The position numbers and the translations under genes were made by a program. A DNA stretch of 56,707 bases, the filler included, from Dugesia japonica (Eukaryota): NCBI GenBank assembly GCA_001938525.1. It is 5 parts of 5 records of this genome, joined end to end, with 100 filler letters (N's around TTAATTAATTAA, not from the genome) between each part and the next. Parts side by side here need not be neighbours in the genome. Positions count along the whole stretch, not along the records: positions 45,998 to 56,707 come from MQRL01609680.1; 4 more parts are not named here. The stretch is one strand, 5' to 3'. Numbering within the stretch: the first letter of the stretch is position 1; each line of letters opens with the position of its first letter. Shown one piece after another: positions 52,119 through 56,707 of the stretch. The notes below the pieces were generated by a model. The model was not told where the DNA came from. It saw only the letters and a list, made by a program, of their open reading frames with translations, and did not search any database.

Positions 52119-52480
52119 CATATTGGTAAACCATCACAAATTGTTTATAAATGTATGAAGTACACGGTTATTTTCTGTAAATCAGGGATTTATAGAATCA
52201 TATGATGTAAGAAATCAATAGAAATGAACCAATTACAAGATGACATTAAACATATTCCATTGCAATTGTTAGCAATTGTATTCAATTTGAAACAGTCATG
52301 TAATATGCATACATTAACAAAATAGCCAAGTATATGTATGAACCTGAATTTTTTCCAGCGTTGAGGCTTACAAAATATAAACCAGCTTGTGTTAATGTAC
52401 TTTCCAGTGGAAATTTGTAATATTTAGTTTCAAGAATTTATATTATCAAAATCAAATTTAAAGATAAATTTATAGATAAA
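52119..52480 (+). pseudogene. Divergent TBP-like gene, copy C (5' end cut by the Penelope insertion)
   Basis: HIGKPSQIVYKCMKYTVIFCKSGIYRII*CKKSI...YMYEPEFFPALRLTKYKPACVNVLSSG/FVIFSFKNL. Confidence 0.75.
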
Positions 52481-52541
52481 TTAATGATAAAATAAATTAA
52501 TGATAAATTTGTAGATAGTATGGTAGAACCCTGCACATTAA

Positions 52542-52728
52542 TACAGGGTATCCAAAAAGCTACCCATACATAGGTAAACATTTTAGAACTAATCTACAGC
52601 TTCCAGGTGCTTGAATAGGTTGGCGTTGTTATGTGGATTGGCTTCCCAGATCACCCGATCTCGGCCCATTAGATTTTTATCTTAAAAGCAATTTAAAAGT
52701 TATGCTACATCAGGAAAAGATTTAAAAC
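52542..52728 (+). mobile_element. Internally deleted Tc1/mariner fragment
   Basis: TA-CAGGGTATCC end; DWLPRSPDLGPLDFYLKSNLK (WPPRSPDLTPLDFFLWG motif). Confidence 0.7.
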
Positions 52729-53030
52729 CTAAATCCCCTCGAAAAATGAATCACTGACACCATTATAAGTATAACTACAGATGTGCTTAAACATGTTCTT
52801 CAGCAGTGGATAATGCTCATTAAGACGTGTTTCCATAAGAATTGTGGTCATGTAGAGCATGTTATATAAAATAAAGTATTCCCTTTTCCATATGTATGGA
52901 AACTTATGAGAATCCTGTATTTTTATTAATTGCTCAATTTCAATTGAACCAGTACTAGAAATTGACTTGGCTGCTATTCTACGTGAAAAGATTAACAATT
53001 CATGACAATACACTTAATCATAACAATATA
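52729..53030 (-). pseudogene. Hypothetical protein fragment converging on TBP-like copy C
   Basis: 94-aa open frame with non-repetitive composition in very AT-rich DNA; runs into the mariner fragment. Confidence 0.35.
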
Positions 53031-54115
53031 ATAAATAAACTTTTCAAGTAAATTATTTGATTTATTACAATAATTTCATTTATTTTATTTTTATACTGTC
53101 AATGCAAACCATCTGAAATGTGACCAAGCAAAAGATGTATAATAAAGAAAAGTTTTTGTTTTGAAATATATCATGTTTTTATTTTGTTTTTCAATTTTTT
53201 GAATATTGTTTTATTTTTTGTGGGTTACTATTTTATAAATTTGAATTGTTACTGTTATTGTTACCAATAGTGAAATTATAAATTTTAACAATGTAATACT
53301 GTTATATTATGTTTTTCAGTGAAATTAGTTTCTAAAATGTTTCAAAGTAAACCGAAATTTGTATTTTAAAATCTATTTAAAATTAGCAATGTACTCTAAA
53401 AATCATGAATTTAAATTAACATGAAGAAATTTGAAATTTAATTACAACTTTATTTAAAATTAACACGTGAAGGTCAAGTCTGAAAAGGAAGCATTTTTAG
53501 CTATAGGTCCTTTGAGCCATGTATAGGAAACTTTTGATGCTAAATCTAATGGCAACAAATTCAAAGCCAGACAATTAGTTTTGACTGAGAACATTTTAAA
53601 AAAATGTTCAATTGTTTCAGTGAGCTGCACAAATTTCTTGGGAACAAAGCATATTTATATAACAAACCCTATAAAAAAATATATTTAGTATTTAATTCTG
53701 AATCGAATAGTTTCAAAATTCTTTAAGATATATTGTTTTTTAATTATAATTATAACTATTATTATAAGTGTTCTAATGAGTTGCACCCTATTTAACTGTT
53801 GAAGAAGCATTTTTCATTAAAAAGTAAGATAAACTTTATAAACAGTTTTTAATTCAGACTTCAACGATACAAAATTTGAAACCATACTATAAAATTTTGC
53901 CGAAAAAAATTACAACCGAAAATTCAATCTTTCGAGCCAAAAATTTGCCAATAAAATTTGATATTGAAATAACTTTTTACTAAATCGTAATGACCAATTA
54001 AAGTGCTGCAATTTTTAAAACATCACATTTTTAAAACACTTTGTCAACAAGGGGTGGTGTTATGATCTGTTCCTATCTATTTACTACTTATTTACTAGTT
54101 TTAAAGATTTAAATC

Positions 54116-54480
54116 AGTGGCCTTCAACCTTTTTTGAGCCTAACACCCACTTTCGCTATATTTTCATTTATAAATAAGTCTATCGCCCTACTAAAACATT
54201 TACAAAACTAATTAAAATTCAAATACTTTTTACTAACCACACAGAATGCTATATAACTGATACAACAGTGCTAGAGATTGCAGAGTCAACGAGACCAGAG
54301 ACAACACGCTTGGTGTTTAGATTTTAAAGACTTAATGTCTGGTTTCAGGTGGATGAGAACNAATTTCAAATCACCTCNCTTNGAAACATCCAGATTTTTT
54401 CGTTGATTGTTGAGAAGATTAGTTACTGCAATTAGTTACTAAATACACACTCAACTTTGCTTATGCAAAATTTTAAAATG
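54116..54480 (+). mobile_element. hAT (Charlie/Buster-like) non-autonomous fragment
   Basis: CAGTGGCCTTCAACCTTTTT terminus with hAT-like subterminal sequence; no right end found. Confidence 0.45.
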
Positions 54481-56707
54481 AAATAAAATAAAACATTTCA
54501 GAAAATAATATTTCGCTAAAAATATATTAAATAAAAATATAAATAAATTACTTTAATATAATTTTACATTTCTATTTAAACATGATGTTCAATAAACCAA
54601 ATACACATAATAAACTAAATACGTTCATTNNNNNNNNNNNNNNNNNNNNNNNNNNNNNNNNNNNNNNNNNNNNNNNNNNNNNNNNNNNGCTAATAATAAT
54701 AAACTTTATCAAAGCAAATTTACCAATAAATGAAAAAATAGAACGAATATCGGTCCTCCTTAGAAATTTAAATAATGATTATTATTACGTTTATTAAAAA
54801 ACTTTAATAGGTGTTGGTTATCTGTTGTTGAATATTTGTTGTATTTGGATTTAATGATTAAAAATTTTATACAATTTGATTTACAATTATAATAGAAAAC
54901 ATTTTTAAATTTAAACATTTTNTTCGTTCTTAGTTTTATTATTTTCTCGTAAAGAATTTGTTTTTCGATATTAATCTTTCAGGCAATATACCGGTAGTAT
55001 TTTATTCCCTTTCAATTGCTAATTGTATCTATTGAAATTAGTTGAGATCAATGATAATGATAAAATTCGTATTTTCTATGTTGAACTCTTATTTTCTAAC
55101 AATATATCTGAATANNNNNNNNNNNNNNNNNNNNNNNNNNNNNNNNNNNNNNNNNNNNNNNNNNAGCAAGCAATGAACCAAGGAGCAAACAAAGAAGCAG
55201 AAGGATAATTAGACGATTAAAATATACTGAAATAGGTATATTAATTTAAACAAGAAGCAAGCCATATCAACTCTTACTCAGTATCACTCAGTCTTATTGT
55301 TTTTTATCAATAAAGATATTGAAGTGAGGTCTATGAAAACATGAAGTGAAAATATGCATTAAAACCCGATTATAAAATTTTTTAATCGTGTTATTCGTAC
55401 TCACTGTAAAATTTCTGAAAGGATAGCTGTACATATTCGTTAGAAAGAAGTTTTTCCGAGATGATATTTTAACTTTTACAGTCACTTTGAAATGTGAATC
55501 GATAGCTGTCATCTGTACACAGAACGCTGAGTGCTAAAATCAGATTTTTGAGATTTTTAGAGACAAAACATCATTTATTTTATCAAGGATTACTTCTGGC
55601 GATTTAAAGTTAAGAAATTTGGAATCAGCAAAACATTCTTTATAGAATAGACACTTTCTTAACATATTTTGAGAATAAATAAGTTTTTCCAAAAATTCTG
55701 TGCAAAATACTGGGAAAATCAAAAATGATCGCTGTAAAATTCTGAATCGATTTATCCAAAAAAATATCTATATATTGCAAAAAATGAAAAATTATTTTTT
55801 AAATTTTGAAAAAAAANNNNNNNNNNNNNNNNNNNNNNNNNNNNTTTTAAATTTTCATATTATTTAAACAACATAAACGGTTCCCCAAGATTTCACCAAA
55901 ATATTTTAAATTATCTTTTAAAAACTTGAAAATTTAAATAAATTCGACTTTTACCATGAATTTCTTGAAAATTCAACCCAAACTGACCAGACCAAGGAAA
56001 TTATCACTCAAATTCACCTAAAAATATTCCTTGTAAGTTAATAATTTACGATGTTTGTCCAGACATAGTAAATAATTAAATAAATCGCCCAGAAATTAAC
56101 CAACTTAACCATTCATGAGGAAATATTCGACCATATTATCCCAAATCTACCCAAATTAACCATTATCGAGGACAAATTCAATAGAAACGCGCAAGAATTA
56201 CCAAAATTGACAAAACCAAAGGAAACATTCAATCAATTTCGCCTAAGTCAGCCAAAAATTGAACTTATTCGTTCTCACTGTTGAAATTCCAGACAAAACC
56301 ACCTCATTCGACTTCATTGAATAAATTCCCAACCAAGAAGCTTAAAAAAATTTCCAAACAAAAAAGCCTGAAACATATTTCCTGCTTAAAAAACCTAAAA
56401 AAATTTCCCAACTAAAATTCCTATAATTTTAAAATAATTAGCCAAATCTTTTAATCTAATGACATAATTTGTGTGCAAAAAATGTTCCCAACTATCTCCC
56501 AACTCATAATTTTATTGAAATTTCTGATTATAAGTCCACAGGTCTTTCTTCATTTAATCTTTTGTGGCTTGTGTGATTATAACTATGGATTATTTTTGGT
56601 AACACATGTATCCATGTTTTATTACCAGTTTGTACAAAGTACTTTTTCAATGTATCTTTCAATAATCGATTAAATCTTTCAACATATGCTGCTTTTTATT
56701 GTAAAAA

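Overview
Very AT-rich eukaryotic draft-assembly DNA. It is probably invertebrate and planarian-like, inferred only from AT content, ~45-60 nt introns and the TE mix. It is not one contiguous locus: four artificial 100-bp linkers (44N-TTAATTAATTAA-44N at 9776-9875, 18679-18778, 35617-35716, 45898-45997) join five separate scaffolds. No intact host gene is evident. The window is a graveyard of mobile DNA: Tc1/mariner, hAT transposases and MITEs, two Ty3/Gypsy relics, Penelope-like elements with minimal hammerhead ribozymes, an 18S rRNA fragment, and many pieces of Polinton/Maverick-type endogenous DNA viruses (packaging ATPase, rve integrase, pPolB N-terminus, AGTAGGTAGAT termini, one 3.27-kb element with TIRs and a perfect 6-bp TSD). 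The main candidate novelty is a compact, divergent, intronless TBP-like (TATA-binding protein fold) gene. It occurs three times on three separate scaffolds, each time among Polinton sequence, and once head-to-head with the packaging ATPase. Other putative cargo includes a spliced SSB-like gene and an acidic protein with repeated SUMO-interacting-like motifs. Together these suggest a Polinton lineage carrying its own basal transcription factor. All protein assignments are by eye from motifs; no database searches were run.
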